Part shown: in pieces, positions 9,128 through 21,266 of the stretch
Layout: every line of letters begins with the position of its first letter
How positions within the stretch are numbered: position 1 is the stretch's first letter
DNA from: Chloropicon primus
Taxonomy: Eukaryota
Reading direction: 5' to 3'
Assembly: GCA_023205875.1 (NCBI GenBank)
Contig: CP060769.1
Coordinates: forward strand, 62,001-126,000
Length of the DNA: 64,000 nucleotides
Notes under the pieces: generated by a model
What the model was told of the DNA's origin: nothing
Database searches by the model: none
What the model saw: the letters and a program-made list of their open reading frames with translations, nothing else
Translations under genes and position numbers: made by a program

Positions 9128-11395
9128 ATGGCTTCGAGCGGCAGCTTGGTCGTCGCCCTGGGTTCCGTCCTGCTTCGGCGAAGGGCACTGGCGTGGAGCC
9201 ACCCTCTGGGATTAAACCTCCTCTCCTCGCACCACCACCACCACCAGTTGTACTCCTCGTCCTCGTCGTCCTCGTCGTCCTCGTCGTCGTCGTCGTCGTC
9301 GTCGTTGCGTAACATTGGGATCTCTGCGCACATCGACAGCGGGAAGACGACGCTGACGGAGAGGATCCTGTTCTACAGCGGGAGGATCAAGGACATTCAC
9401 GAGGTGAGGGGGAAGGACGGGGTGGGGGCGAAGATGGACTCGATGGAGCTGGAGAGGGAGAAGGGGATCACGATCCAGAGCGCGGCGACGTACTGCAGCT
9501 GGGGGGAGAACCAGATCAACATCATTGACACGCCGGGGCACGTGGACTTCACCGTGGAGGTGGAGCGAGCTCTCCGCGTCCTCGACGGGGCCGTCCTGGT
9601 GCTGTGCTCCGTCGGCGGGGTCCAGTCCCAGTCCATCACCGTGGACAGGCAGATGAAGAGGTACAGCGTGCCGAGGCTCGCGTTCATCAACAAGCTGGAC
9701 AGGTCCGGGGCCAACCCGGACAAGGTCATGGACCAGGTGAGGGACAAGCTGCGGCTGAACTGCGCGGCGGTCCAGGTCCCGATCGGGCTGGAGGACCAGC
9801 ACGAGGGCGTGGTGGACCTGGTGAACATGAAGTCGTACAGGTTCGAGGGGGAGAAGGGCGTGGACGTGGTGGAGAGCTCAGAGGTCCCGGAGGACCTGGC
9901 GGACAAGGTCTCGGAGGCGAGGGCCGCCCTGGTGGAGGCCCTCGCGGAGGTGGACGACGAGATCGGGGAGCTCTTCCTGGAGGACGTGCAGCCCACGGAG
10001 GACCAGATCAAGCAAGCGATCAGGAGGACCACCATCGCCAACCAGTTCGTCCCCGTGTTCATGGGGAGCGCCTACAAGAACAAGGGGGTGCAGAGGCTCC
10101 TCGACGGGGTCGTGGAGTACCTCCCCGCCCCCCACGAGGTGAGGAACATGGCCCTGGACGTCTCCAAGGCCGACGACGGGGAGGAGACGCCCGTCGAGCT
10201 GAACTCGGAGGACCCCTCCCTCCCCCTGGTCGCCATGGCCTTCAAGCTGGAGGAGGGGAGGTTCGGGCAGCTGACGTACCTCCGGGTGTACCAGGGCAAG
10301 CTGAAGAAGGGGGACTTCATCTACAACATCAACAACGGCAAGAAGCTCAAGGTGCCGAGGCTGGTCAGGATGCACTCCAACGAGCTGGAGGACATCACCC
10401 AGGCCCCGGCCGGGGAGATCGTGGCCATGTTCGGCGTGGAGTGCGCCTCGGGGGACACGTTCACGGACGGCAAGCAGCAGGTCGCGCTGAGCTCTATGCA
10501 CGTCGCGGACCCCGTCATGTCCCTCGCCATCACCCCCGTCAGCAGGGACGTCGGCACGCAGTTCAGCAAGGCCCTGAGCCGCTTCCAGAGGGAGGACCCC
10601 ACCCTGAGGGTCCACTTTGACTCGGAGACGGGGGAGACCATCATCAGCGGGATGGGGGAGCTCCACCTGGAGATCTACGTGGAGAGGATGAAGAGGGAGT
10701 ACAAGGTGGAGACGAGGACGGGCAAGCCCCGCGTCAACTTCAGGGAGACGGTCACCTCCAGGGCCAAGTTCGACTACACGCACAAGAAGCAGTCGGGAGG
10801 CCAGGGCCAGTTCGGCCGGGTCGTCGGCTACATCGAGCCCATCCCGGACTCCAAGGAGGTCGAGTTCGTCAACAACCTCGTGGGGAACAACATCCCGCCG
10901 GGTTTCGTGCCCCACATCGAGAAGGGGTTCAGGGAGGCCTGCAACGCGGGCTCCCTCATCGGCCACCCGGTGGAGGGTGTGAGGATCGTGATCGAGGACG
11001 GGGCGGCCCACGCCGTGGACTCGAGCGAGATGGCCTTCAAGCTCTGCTCCCTGTACGCCTTCAGGCAGGCGTACATGGAGTGCCAGCCCAGGATCCTGGA
11101 GCCCGTGATGAAGTGCGAGGTCAGGGCGCCCACCGAGTACCAGGGAGACGTCATCGGAGGCCTGAACCGAAAGAAGGGGGTCATCAACGACAACGTGCAG
11201 GAGCTGGACGAGGCCGTGATCGAGGCCCTCGTCCCCCTGAACAACATGTTCGGCTACTCCACGGAGCTCAGGAGCATCACCCAGGGCAAGGGCGAGTTCA
11301 CCATGGAGTACTCGAACCACGCCATCGTTTCCATGGACGTGCAGCAGGAGCTCACCAAGTCGTACGAGAAGAAGAGGAGCTCCGGAAACAAGTAA
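9128..11395 (+). CDS. GFM1: Mitochondrial elongation factor G (EF-G1)
   Basis: [32 protein letters not shown] and KKQSGG motifs, preceded by a presequence-like N-terminus. Confidence 0.97.
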   Translation: MASSGSLVVALGSVLLRRRALAWSHPLGLNLLSSHHHHHQLYSSSSSSSSSSSSSSSSSLRNIGISAHIDSGKTTLTERILFYSGRIKDIHEVRGKDGVGAKMDSMELEREKGITIQSAATYCSWGENQINIIDTPGHVDFTVEVERALRVLDGAVLVLCSVGGVQSQSITVDRQMKRYSVPRLAFINKLDRSGANPDKVMDQVRDKLRLNCAAVQVPIGLEDQHEGVVDLVNMKSYRFEGEKGVDVVESSEVPEDLADKVSEARAALVEALAEVDDEIGELFLEDVQPTEDQIKQAIRRTTIANQFVPVFMGSAYKNKGVQRLLDGVVEYLPAPHEVRNMALDVSKADDGEETPVELNSEDPSLPLVAMAFKLEEGRFGQLTYLRVYQGKLKKGDFIYNINNGKKLKVPRLVRMHSNELEDITQAPAGEIVAMFGVECASGDTFTDGKQQVALSSMHVADPVMSLAITPVSRDVGTQFSKALSRFQREDPTLRVHFDSETGETIISGMGELHLEIYVERMKREYKVETRTGKPRVNFRETVTSRAKFDYTHKKQSGGQGQFGRVVGYIEPIPDSKEVEFVNNLVGNNIPPGFVPHIEKGFREACNAGSLIGHPVEGVRIVIEDGAAHAVDSSEMAFKLCSLYAFRQAYMECQPRILEPVMKCEVRAPTEYQGDVIGGLNRKKGVINDNVQELDEAVIEALVPLNNMFGYSTELRSITQGKGEFTMEYSNHAIVSMDVQQELTKSYEKKRSSGNK

Positions 11396-11544
11396 GGCGA
11401 AGACTGACGACGACGACGAGCCAAAAAAAATAGAAACAATTTTTATTCTTTATTTTTTCAAACTCGCAAACAGACTCTTGCACAGAGAAAAGACAAAAAA
11501 CCCTCCCGAAAACGATTAAATACTCCCTCGCCCTCGCCCCCTCC

Positions 11545-12117
11545 TCAGTGGATGTCCATGAACCTGTCGATGAGGACGGAAAAGGCCGCCACGGTGGCGC
11601 AGCCGAAGCACATGGCCTTGGGTCCCGCCTGGTAGGCCAGCGCCCCCCCCGTGAAGCAGCCCGCGGCCGCGCTGTTGTACACGTCGTGCTTCGCCCTGAA
11701 CGACTCGATGACGCACTCCGAGCCCGAGTACACCATGCCGAAGCCCCCAAAGCCCTTGGCGTAGGACCAAGACCTCGCCCGAAGGTGGGTGAGGGACTGC
11801 CTCAGCGCGGCGGGCTGGAAGGCCGCCCTCATCTGCTGCCTCAGCGTCTGGTTCTCCGTGACGGCGAGGGAGGCGTTCGGGTCGCTCGCCCCGAAGGCCG
11901 CGCCGAAGAGGGCGCCCATAACCCCCCCGAGAGCCCCCGCGATCACGGACTTCACCGGGCAGCTGTCCCAAAACTGCGCGGCAAGTATCTGCTCCGGCGT
12001 CGGCAGCACCACTGGCTCGTACGCCTTCCTCTGGAGCACTGGGAGGCCGTTCAACCCCCCGCTCGACGTGCTGACCGCCGTCCCCTCCCCTTCGTCCTTC
12101 CTCTCCTCTCCGCTCAT
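11545..12117 (-). CDS. TIM22: Mitochondrial inner membrane translocase Tim22
   Basis: DSCPVKSVIAG...SYAKGFG...SECVIESFRAKHD...AGCFTG pattern. Confidence 0.93.
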   Translation of the reverse strand: MSGEERKDEGEGTAVSTSSGGLNGLPVLQRKAYEPVVLPTPEQILAAQFWDSCPVKSVIAGALGGVMGALFGAAFGASDPNASLAVTENQTLRQQMRAAFQPAALRQSLTHLRARSWSYAKGFGGFGMVYSGSECVIESFRAKHDVYNSAAAGCFTGGALAYQAGPKAMCFGCATVAAFSVLIDRFMDIH

Positions 12118-12943
12118 ACCACGACGACCCAAACGCGTTCCTCCGAATCAATCCAACACCTTTCCCTTCTCCCTCCGTGGCCGCCGAACACCTCACCTCA
12201 AGTTCTCGACCCGCGTTGGGTCAAAACGTGGTCAAATCCTTCGACCAACCTATCGACCGAAAGATAAAAACAATCTCGTTCGATCTCCCTCCCCCTCCCT
12301 CCTCCTCAACACCTTTCTCTCCCTCCCCTTGGACCTCAAAGTCCAACTCTTCCGTCGCACCACGCGCCCGATCCCGATCGTTCCGTCTGGCTTTCGTTTC
12401 GTCGTTCGGCTGCGCGATATGGAAATATTTATGACATTCCCATATGGAAATGGTATAACATTTCCGCCCCCCGGGTTAATGGATAAGGCCATTCCAATTC
12501 GTGGCGAGAAAAGTGTCGGCGGAGGAGAGGGAGAGGGTAAGAGGGGATGGCTTCATCGATTGGATAACACACACACATATATACACATATACACACAGGG
12601 GTCACACCAACAGTGTTGTCTTCTTCTTCTTCCGCTCTTTCGAATGAGCCCTCGCTCGAAGGAAACGGACAAGGGTGCTGACTCTCCGAGTTTTGTTTTG
12701 GTTTTGGTTTTGGTTTTGGTTTGTTTGGATTCATCTCTCTCTCTCTCTCTCTCTCTCCTGGACTAGAGTTTGAGGTAAGGGACTTTGGCATCGGCGGGTC
12801 ACACCAACACAACTGGAAGCGAGCGCCTTCTTCTTCCGCTCTTTCGAACGAGCCGTCGGGTGCTGACTCTCCGAGTTTTGTCTTTGTTTCATCATCAACC
12901 ACCCAGTTGAGAAGGAAGGCATCGCTATCGCTATCGCTATCGT

Positions 12944-13603
12944 ATGATGAACGCGGCTGCGAAGGTGAGGGTGGGGAGGGCGTTGGTGCACCCGAGAACG
13001 TGCCGGTCCTCCTCCATGGTGGTGGTGCGCGCGGCGACGGAGGCGGCCAAGGAGGGTGAGACGGAGGAGAGGTTCAGGCTGAACAACCTGAGTCCTGCGC
13101 CTGGGTCGAAGAGGGCGAAGAAGAGGATCGGCCGCGGGTACGGGGCCGGCCAGGGAGGAAGCGCGGGGAAAGGTATGAGGGGCCAGAACGCGAGGAGCGG
13201 AGGAGGAACCAGGCCGGGGTTCGAGGGAGGACAGAACCCTCTGTACAGGAGGCTGCCCAAGCTCAAGGGAATAGCAGGAGGCATGGGCGCGGGCGTGAAG
13301 GACTACAACGTCGTCAACGTCGGCGTCCTGAGCGAGAACTTTGCGGAGAACGAGGAGGTCACGCTCGAGGCTTTGGCGGAGAAGAGGGTCATCGACGTGA
13401 GCGGCAGGGAGAGGAGCCTGCCCCTCAAGGTCCTTGGCGACGGCGAGATCGACAAGAAGCTCGTCGTCAAGGCGGTTGCCTTCTCCAAGTCCGCCTCGGA
13501 GAAGATTGCCGCGGCGGGTGGCGAGGTCGTGACCCTCCCAGGGAGGAAGAAGTGGACCAGAGCGGAGCACGAGGCCAGCAAGAAGGCCCAGGGAGACTCC
13601 TAA
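12944..13603 (+). CDS. RPL15: Plastid 50S ribosomal protein L15 (uL15c)
   Basis: Transit peptide, then RLNNLSPAPGS..RIGRG..GQGGS..GFEGGQNPLYRRLPK. Confidence 0.95.
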   Translation: MMNAAAKVRVGRALVHPRTCRSSSMVVVRAATEAAKEGETEERFRLNNLSPAPGSKRAKKRIGRGYGAGQGGSAGKGMRGQNARSGGGTRPGFEGGQNPLYRRLPKLKGIAGGMGAGVKDYNVVNVGVLSENFAENEEVTLEALAEKRVIDVSGRERSLPLKVLGDGEIDKKLVVKAVAFSKSASEKIAAAGGEVVTLPGRKKWTRAEHEASKKAQGDS

Positions 13604-13806
13604 ATATATCTGTACCGTATACCTTTGCTTTTTCGAAGAAGATGCGCAAGACGACGAGGTGGGGACGACGATTGATCCCCTTCCCAGACCCCTCCACCTC
13701 TCTCCGTCTTCGGCTCTTCTTCGTCTTCTTCGTAAAAAAGGAAAGTAAAAAATTACACAATTTAGTTCATCATCATCATCATCATCTACCTGCTGACGTT
13801 CGTCGT

Positions 13807-14930
13807 TCAAGACATGTCCATGGCGGTCGCGGTGGTCTCGACGGTGACCTGGGTCTCCAGGGAGGGCACCGGGAGGTCCTTGGACTTGAGGACGGGCGTG
13901 GATCCAATCTTGAAAGGAGCAGGGACCGCCGTGAAGGTTCTTGGGTTCGGCATGTCTATGTTTCTCAGGTACTCTGCGCCGTCCGCGGTGATGACGCACA
14001 AGTCAACGTTGGATCCGGAGCCCAAGTCGTTGAAAATGCCGGCCCGGATCGCCCGCTTCGTCAGCTCCATCGCTTCCTCCTTCGTCATGTCCTCCTGAGC
14101 AGGCCAAAAAACAAAAAAAAACACGAAGAGATTTGTGGGTGAGCGACTGCTCCTCCCAGAGAAAAAAAGAGAGGCGCAAAAGGCCTCCGCCTCGTACTCA
14201 CCTTGTACCCGGACTCGTAGACGGCCATGGCGTTCAGGGAGCCACTGCCCATGGTGCAAAACGGCAGGGCGTCCGTGGAACCGTGAGGGAACACCGTGAA
14301 GAGGTGTGGCCCCTTGCAGTCCACTCCCCCAAGCACGAGTGCGGCCGAGATGTAACCCTGGTACCTGAAGAGGTGGCTCTTGAGCAAGGTCAAGCTCGTG
14401 ACCACCCGAGACTCTCTCCCCGTCCTGAACCTGTGAAGCTCCAACTGCGAGCTGATCATGCCGGTGACGTTCTCGGTATCCGCAGCCGTTCCGGCGCCAC
14501 AGCAATAGATGTTCGGGGCCATGAAATGAATCTTCTCGCAGTTCTTGTCCGCCACGGTCTCCCCCGCGGTTGACCTCGTGTCCGCACCCAGAACGACACC
14601 ATCCTTCACGGCCCAAGGAAAAGGAACAGGGCGACGAAGAAGACAAAAGCAAAGAGGTAGAGGTTTCGTCGTCAGTCCTCCGAACGCGGCAGCGGGACGA
14701 GCAGCAGCAGCAGGAGGAGGAGAAGGAAAAGAAGAAGAACAAGAAGGAGAACAAGAAGGAGGAGGAGGACCTCCTGTCCTCGTGATCGGACATACCTTGA
14801 AGACGACTCCGCAAATGGTGGTTCCCGTGGACCAAGGCTTGAGCGTCTTCAGTCCCTGCTTCTCCAACCAGTCGTTCCTCTTGCACAGGTCGAAGTCAAA
14901 CCCCTGAGGCTTCCTCTCACTCGCTAACAT
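13807..14930 (-). CDS. PBB1: 20S proteasome beta-2 subunit; exons 14930-14796, 14603-14202, 14094-13807
   Basis: [24 protein letters not shown] and [13 protein letters not shown] motifs; GT-AG introns. Confidence 0.95.
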
Positions 14931-15752
14931 ACTCCCCTCCTCTTCGTGGTCGCGCTCCGATCGCTTGTTCTGATCCACCCACCCCCACAAAACAAAAAAC
15001 AAAAAACAAAAAACAACCTTTCCTTGGCGTCGCCTCCGCGTCCTCCAAAAAAAAAAACGTCTCGTTTGATCACTCCCCTCCCGCCGTCGTCGTCCTCCTC
15101 CTCGTCGTCGCCGCCGTCGTCGTCGTCGTCGTCGTCGATCGATCGATCGCTTCTCTCTGTTTCTTCTTCTGTTTTTTTTGTTTTTTTTTTGTGATCGATC
15201 GCTCGATCGCTCGATCGGCTTTTGGTTTAGGGTTTGGCGGCCTGGAGGGATCGAGAGAGAGGTAAGTTCGGTTTTGGCGCGCGTGAGGGTCCTCGCGGAC
15301 GGAGGAGAGGGACAAGGAGGGACTTGTGGTGGTCGGCGGTCTTTCCAACGACCCCTCGCTCGAAAGATTTGGACCTTTGGGGAGGACAAGACGACTGAAA
15401 AATGAAACTTCCTTCCGCTTGGACTCGGGTTTGGTTTCGTCGTGCATTGCCACGCGAAGAGGTGAGTGGAGAGGGGATCGAAACGCGGAAGGGGCGTAGC
15501 AGGGATTCCTCCTCGTATCGCGATCTTTCGTTTGAGCCGTCGCTCGAAGCGAACGAGGCTCGGAGGAGGACTGAACCCTAACAATGACTTTGTTTTGTCT
15601 TTTGCTGGGTCATCATCATCATCATCATCATCATCACCATCACCATCATAATCATAATCACCATCACGCTTTTGTTTTGTCCTTTTTCTTTTGTTGTTGT
15701 TGTTGGTCGGCCAGGCGCAGGGGAGGACGGCTAGTGTTAGGTACTGTTCACG

Positions 15753-16310
15753 ATGGTTGCCGACGGGAAGAGCAACTGCATGCCGATGGTGAAAGCCATG
15801 ATCGTGTTGGACTCTGAGGGGAAGAGAATAACCGTGAAGTATTACACAAAGGAGTGGGCGAGTTCTGTCAAGGAGCAGAGTAACTTCGAGAAGAGCTTGT
15901 TCACCAAGACGTGCAGGACGAATGCAAGGGGCGAGGCCGAGATCATCATGTTCGACAACCACGTCATCGTGTACAAGTTTATAGCCGACGTGTTCTTCTA
16001 CATCGTGGCGAGCCCGGAGGAGAACGAGATAGCCATGGCGCAGGTCCTGGCTGCCCTGACGGAATCCACCTCGATACTCTTGAGGAGCAACGTGGAGAAG
16101 AAGTCGGTCTTGGAGAACATCGACTTGGTGCTGATTGCGATGGACGAGATAGTGGACGGAGGAATAATATTTGAGACGGATGCCCAACAAGTAGCGAGCA
16201 GGGTGACCATGAGAGGGAAGGACGACGGTTTCGGCTCCCTGTCGGACCAAACGCTGAGCCAGGCGTTCGCCAGCGCCAAGGAGCAGTTCTCGAAGCACAT
16301 GCTCCGATGA
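15753..16310 (+). CDS. COPZ: Coatomer zeta subunit
   Basis: [12 protein letters not shown]...FEKSLF.KT...ENE...[13 protein letters not shown]. Confidence 0.95.
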   Translation: MVADGKSNCMPMVKAMIVLDSEGKRITVKYYTKEWASSVKEQSNFEKSLFTKTCRTNARGEAEIIMFDNHVIVYKFIADVFFYIVASPEENEIAMAQVLAALTESTSILLRSNVEKKSVLENIDLVLIAMDEIVDGGIIFETDAQQVASRVTMRGKDDGFGSLSDQTLSQAFASAKEQFSKHMLR

Positions 16311-16441
16311 TGAGGGTTTTTTGGATATGTCCTTCTTTTGTAACGAATTTGGCTTCTTATACAACATATACTTTACGATCCATTATTTTTTCCTTCCTTT
16401 GTGTGTGCGTATGTTACAAGTCTGTTTCTGTCCTCAGCCCG

Positions 16442-17377
16442 TCATCCCTTGTGAGACTTCATGTACTCGCGGACCTCGGGGTGATCCTTCATCCTGCAGA
16501 TATCACCCAAGTCGATCATCCTTTGCTGTATGAAGTCCAAAACTTTCTTCATCTCGTTCTCCTTGGGCTTGCTCATCCCAATCGTAACGCAGCGGCTGAA
16601 GATGTTGTGGATCGCCATCTTCGCCTCGCCTTGCTCCCTCTTCTTCTCCATGATCTGGCTCTCCTTGTAGAGCTGAGCCTGCTCCAGTTTCTCGTTCTCT
16701 AACCGAAGCTGGTCGCTCAGCTGCTGGTACTGGGCAATCTTGGACGTGATCAAAAGCATCTTCTTCTCGGCGTCTTTCATGTACGTGTTCAGCTCGATCC
16801 TCCTCTCCTCCGCTGCCTTCAAGCCTTCCTCCACGGAGGCGCCAAGGTCGCTGTTCGATGCCTGGAGCGTCGCGTGGCGCCTGAGAATGTCGTTCACCTC
16901 GTGGAAGTCCTCCGAATACTCTAAGAGCCTCTCCAGGTACGCGTCGTACACCAAGAGCTTGTTCAGGGTGTGAGTGATTTGCTCCTTCTTCTCGCTCTGC
17001 TGCTGGAGCTCCTGCCTCAACGCGATGATCTCCTGCTCCTTTTGCTTGCACGCATTGATCTCGTCCCTCTCCTTCTTCATGGCTCTGGCACGCTTCACAT
17101 CGTTCTCCTTGACGAACTTTTCGAAGTGGACCACACTCTCCCTGATTTTCTGTTGCTTCTCCGCCAGCTCCTTCTCCTTCTCGTTGCACTTTCGCATCCT
17201 TTGCTCAAACTCGCGCTTCTTGCGCAGCAACTCGCTCTGGACGTCCTGCATCTTCTTCTGCTTCTGCAACAGAAGCGTCGACTGAGAGTCGGTCATATCA
17301 TAAGCGTGAGGGGCCTCAATGGCCGCCTCGTAGTTCTCGTTACCCAACTGGGTAAGGAAAGCTTGGGCTTGCGGCAT
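16442..17377 (-). CDS. CCDC42/CFAP73-family ciliary coiled-coil protein (DUF4200)
   Basis: TLLLQK..MQDVQ...FEKFVKENDVKRARA coiled-coil signature. Confidence 0.75.
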   Translation of the reverse strand: MPQAQAFLTQLGNENYEAAIEAPHAYDMTDSQSTLLLQKQKKMQDVQSELLRKKREFEQRMRKCNEKEKELAEKQQKIRESVVHFEKFVKENDVKRARAMKKERDEINACKQKEQEIIALRQELQQQSEKKEQITHTLNKLLVYDAYLERLLEYSEDFHEVNDILRRHATLQASNSDLGASVEEGLKAAEERRIELNTYMKDAEKKMLLITSKIAQYQQLSDQLRLENEKLEQAQLYKESQIMEKKREQGEAKMAIHNIFSRCVTIGMSKPKENEMKKVLDFIQQRMIDLGDICRMKDHPEVREYMKSHKG

Positions 17378-18345
17378 CTTGCTCTCTGCTCTACGACTCG
17401 TTCCTTCTCTCTCGTAGCACCTTTCCTTCTGCACAACACAGGACTCTCGCCTCCAGTCCTCCTGCCAGGTGACCAAGACCAATATAGGTTGTTCCTATTC
17501 TACCTCAGAGGAGGGGTCAAACACCTCCCCCTAGACGCACAAAAAGAGAGCCTCGTCCCCAGGGAAAACCTTCTCCTTTGGGATGCACAACCACCTCACG
17601 AAGACACCGCCAGCACTGCTTGCCACTCCTGTGGGACTCGGCGTGATATAGTAATAGGTTCTGGCCTTCCCGAAGCTCTCGAAGGGCTCGTCCTCGTCCC
17701 AACGTTCAAGTGGTGGCACCTCAAGATTTCTATTTCTGCCAGTGACATGAATTCTACCTGAAAAAGAAGAAAAAGGGCCCAAGACAGGATCTTGGGCTCG
17801 TGTTCTATACGAAGGATTTCCGTGGAAGACGCCATTGGCAAGATTTCGCCGATGACGCGGTTGTGTATTTCAGATTTCACTTTCTCTGACTTTTCCGAAA
17901 GTGGAATGTTCTCTTGCGAAGGGTTTGGCACAGGCATCGAAATCACCCCGCTCCGTTCTCCAAGTTTTCCAAAGTTGAAATTTGTTCGGCCTTCTTCGAC
18001 ACGCATTTGGTCAAACAGGAGGGTTCAAAGGGGTTTAGGCCCCCCATCATCACGAGGTCACTGTGAGGCTTCCCTTGGGGCAACAAGGAGTCCTTGAATT
18101 CCTTTCCTTCCCTTGCCTTGCCTTGCCTTGCTTTGCTTTGCTTTGCTTGGAACGCACCGACACTTGTGAGGCCCAGGAAGGAAGGTTGCTCTCCTTCTTC
18201 TCACTTGTCTCTGTCTCTCTGTCTCTGCGTGTGTGGGCGCGAGATAGAATTTATATGTTCTTCATACCTTGTGGAGCTTGTTGCTGAAGTGTTGGAGAAG
18301 CAGAGAGCGAGCGAGGGAACCGGGTTTTTTGTTTTGTAGCAAAAG

Positions 18346-20325
18346 ATGCCTCCAAAGAAGAAGCCTGCGGGGAAGGGAAAGAAAGCGGCCGAGACGCCAG
18401 AGCCAGACCACGCTGGGGAGGAGCAGGAGAAGGTGCCAGTGAACACCAGTATGTTTAGCCTCGAGAACGAGGTGGAGCGGAAGGTTGTGAAGCCCTCGAA
18501 CCAATTGGAGCTCACGGAGGATGAGTTGAACCAGGAGATGCTCACCGTGTTGAAGAGCACGAATCCCCAGGCCCCGAAAAGCATCGTGAGGTATGACTTC
18601 AACGAGCAGTGCTTCAAGCCCGAGGCCATGGTGGACCAGTTCACGATACATTATAGGACCGACGGGTGGCTGCTCCATTCGGAGAGCGAAGAGGGGAAGC
18701 AGCAGCTCGAGGCGAAGAAGAAGGAAGCGGCTGCGATTGAGGACTTCAAGGCTGCGATAAGCAAGGCCACGGAGGCGGACGAGCAGGAGGCCAAGCAGTA
18801 CAGAAACCAGTTCAACTTCACGGAGAGGGCCGCCCAGACCTACAACCACGGGACGAGGGATCGCATGGCTGCAACTGAGCCGCCCACCGTGCTGACTTAT
18901 TCTGGCTCCACGACCCAGTGGGAGATTTACGACGCGTACATGAAGGACTTTGCCGTCCAACAGATGCAGAACGAGAGCAGGTCCTCCAAGAAGACGATTG
19001 CGGAACCAAAGAAGGAGAAGCAGAAGGAGAGCACCGTGAAGAAGGAGGAGAAGGAGGACATCATGCACACTCAGAATATGTCAGCCGCTGCCAAGGTCAT
19101 GGAGAGGGTGATGAACCAGAACACCAACGAGGACATCACTCAGGACTTCAAGTATTGGGACGATCAGGCCGACAAATTTAGGGAGAACGAGGGAACTCTC
19201 TTGCCTCTTTGGAAGTTCACGAACGAGAAAACGAAGAAGAGGAACGTCACGAGCATTTGCTGGAACCCCGAGTACCCCGACATGTTCGCGGTTGGCTTCG
19301 GTTCCTTCGACTTCACGAAGCAGGGAAGGGGCATGATCTGCTGCTACTCGCTGAAGAACCCTAGCTTCCCGGAATTCCTGCTGTACACCGAGTCTGGCGT
19401 CATGTGCCTGGACTTCCACCCGCAGCAGTCGAGCCTGCTCGCCTGCGGACTGTACGACGGCACCGTGCAAGTGTACGACATCAGAAACAAAATTAGAACT
19501 CCAATCTTCCAGTCCACCGCACGAACTGGCAAGCACACAGACCCGGTGTGGCAGATCTTCTGGGAGGAGGCGGACCTCAACAAGTGGATGCAGTTCTACT
19601 CCATCTCCTCGGACGGCAGGGTGACCCTGTGGACCCTGACGAAGGCGGAGCTGCTGTACGAGGACATCATGGAGCTCCAGCCGCACGCCCAGGCCTTGAC
19701 CTCCATAGAGGCGGACTCTGCCCAATTCTCTCGCCTTGAATCGGGCTGCTGCTTCGACTTTAACAGGCTGTCAGACCACCTCTTCATCGTTGGAACGGAG
19801 GAGGGCGTGATTCACAAGTGCAGCAAGTCCTACAACTCACAGTACCTGGAGAACTACACCGAGCACGGGATGTCTGTCTACGCGGTGAAGTGGAACCCAT
19901 TCCTTTCAAACGTTTTCCTCTCTGCGAGTGCGGACTGGCAGGTTAAGGTGTGGGACCACAACCATTCCAAGAGTTTGTACTCGTTTGATCTTAACGCCCC
20001 GGTGGCGGACATTGCGTGGGCGCCTTACTCCTCCACCGTCTTTGCTGCCATCAGCTCTGACGGGAAGGTCCTGGTCTATGACCTGTCGATGAACAGGAAC
20101 CAGCCCATCTGCGAGCAGAAGATCTCAAAGAAGCCAAGGCTGACAAAGGTGTGCTTCAACCCCCACAGCCCAGTCCTTCTCGTGGGAGACGAGAGGGGTT
20201 GCGTCACCAGCCTGAAGCTTTCGCCAAACCTGAGGAAGGCCCTCGACAATACGGAGTCCAAGGACAAGCAAGTCCAAGCGAACAACATGAAGACCATCGT
20301 AGACATCGCCCTGAAACAACAGTGA
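18346..20325 (+). CDS. DNAI1: Outer-arm dynein intermediate chain 1 (IC78/IC1, WD40)
   Basis: RNQFNFTERAAQT, QWEIYDAY, TLLPLWKF, KHTDPVWQI and LKLSPNLRK motifs. Confidence 0.93.
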   Translation: MPPKKKPAGKGKKAAETPEPDHAGEEQEKVPVNTSMFSLENEVERKVVKPSNQLELTEDELNQEMLTVLKSTNPQAPKSIVRYDFNEQCFKPEAMVDQFTIHYRTDGWLLHSESEEGKQQLEAKKKEAAAIEDFKAAISKATEADEQEAKQYRNQFNFTERAAQTYNHGTRDRMAATEPPTVLTYSGSTTQWEIYDAYMKDFAVQQMQNESRSSKKTIAEPKKEKQKESTVKKEEKEDIMHTQNMSAAAKVMERVMNQNTNEDITQDFKYWDDQADKFRENEGTLLPLWKFTNEKTKKRNVTSICWNPEYPDMFAVGFGSFDFTKQGRGMICCYSLKNPSFPEFLLYTESGVMCLDFHPQQSSLLACGLYDGTVQVYDIRNKIRTPIFQSTARTGKHTDPVWQIFWEEADLNKWMQFYSISSDGRVTLWTLTKAELLYEDIMELQPHAQALTSIEADSAQFSRLESGCCFDFNRLSDHLFIVGTEEGVIHKCSKSYNSQYLENYTEHGMSVYAVKWNPFLSNVFLSASADWQVKVWDHNHSKSLYSFDLNAPVADIAWAPYSSTVFAAISSDGKVLVYDLSMNRNQPICEQKISKKPRLTKVCFNPHSPVLLVGDERGCVTSLKLSPNLRKALDNTESKDKQVQANNMKTIVDIALKQQ

Positions 20326-20522
20326 GTCGTCGGGCCTTGGGGACGGAGGACAACTCTTATCTATCTGTATCTGGAACTAAATAATTGTGTATTTGTTTGG
20401 TTTGGTTTATGGCAATGAATCAGCTGCTTTTCTTAGGATTCATTCCGTCCTTTTTCTTCCTTTTTGAAGAGCATAAAGATACAAGTGTGTAGCGTGTGGG
20501 AGTGTGACGATGACGACTCCTG

Positions 20523-21266
20523 TTAGCTGTAAAGGCGGTTTGCGCTCTCAAGACCCACGGCCTGCAGCTTGGCTTGCAGGGTCTGAATCTTGGCGTCCTT
20601 CAGTCTAACGAGCTGCTCGAGCTTCCTCACTTTCGTGTCCAAGATCTCGTTCGCTTCCTTGAGCTCCTGAATGTACCGCTCCTTGCTGTGCAACTCTCGC
20701 ACGTTTGGACTCGAGGAGCCGCTCCTCATTCTTCCCTCCTCGCGGAAACCGACGTGGCTATGGTTTTTTCGCGCTGGCTCGATCCTCCTAGGCTCCCCGC
20801 TGCGCGGCGACCCCGAACTCGCGTTGCTGCGGCCCTGGCCGTGTCCATTCGCCCCGGAGCCGTGCCTCTCTCGCGATCCGAGCTGCCGCGAAGACGTTGC
20901 CCTCGCGCTGCTCTGGTTCTTTGAGTGGTACTTTGCGATCTTGACTTGAAGCTGCTGCAAGAGCTTCTCGATGGCCCCGCCCACGCAGTTCGAAATCGCT
21001 TCGAAATCCTGCCGACTCGTTTGCATCCCTATGCGCTTGAAGCACTTGGTGTTCAAGGTGTCCCAGTTGTATATCTTTTGGCTTATGCCACTGGCGCTGC
21101 TGTAGTTGTGCAAGTCCACGAGCTTGGGCAAGTAGTGGTGAACTATCTCAGCGCAAAGGACGCCATCGCTAAAGTCCCTCGCTATGTTCCTCTTCGGCCT
21201 CGAAAGCGGGATGGTGTCCACCCACTGGTACAGGGACTGGAGCTCCTCCACACTTACTTCGTTCAT
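20523..21266 (-). CDS. SPEF1: Sperm flagellar protein 1-like (CH domain)
   Basis: LYQWVDTIPLSRPKRNIARDFSDG...KLEQLVRLKD. Confidence 0.92.
   Translation of the reverse strand: MNEVSVEELQSLYQWVDTIPLSRPKRNIARDFSDGVLCAEIVHHYLPKLVDLHNYSSASGISQKIYNWDTLNTKCFKRIGMQTSRQDFEAISNCVGGAIEKLLQQLQVKIAKYHSKNQSSARATSSRQLGSRERHGSGANGHGQGRSNASSGSPRSGEPRRIEPARKNHSHVGFREEGRMRSGSSSPNVRELHSKERYIQELKEANEILDTKVRKLEQLVRLKDAKIQTLQAKLQAVGLESANRLYS

Noticed and set aside
9878..11320. Long antisense ORFs (also 23593-25362, 36311-37648, 44904-47174, 59566-61080)
   Set aside because: These are shadow frames caused by high GC3 codon usage opposite well-supported genes.
14085..16367. 760-aa ORF on the minus strand
   Set aside because: It is a chance fusion of zeta-COP antisense sequence, microsatellite intergenic DNA and proteasome exons plus an intron.
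17480..18080. Short ORFs and small hairpins between the CFAP73-like gene and DNAI1
   Set aside because: There is no recognisable domain or terminal repeat, so neither a gene nor a transposon can be supported.
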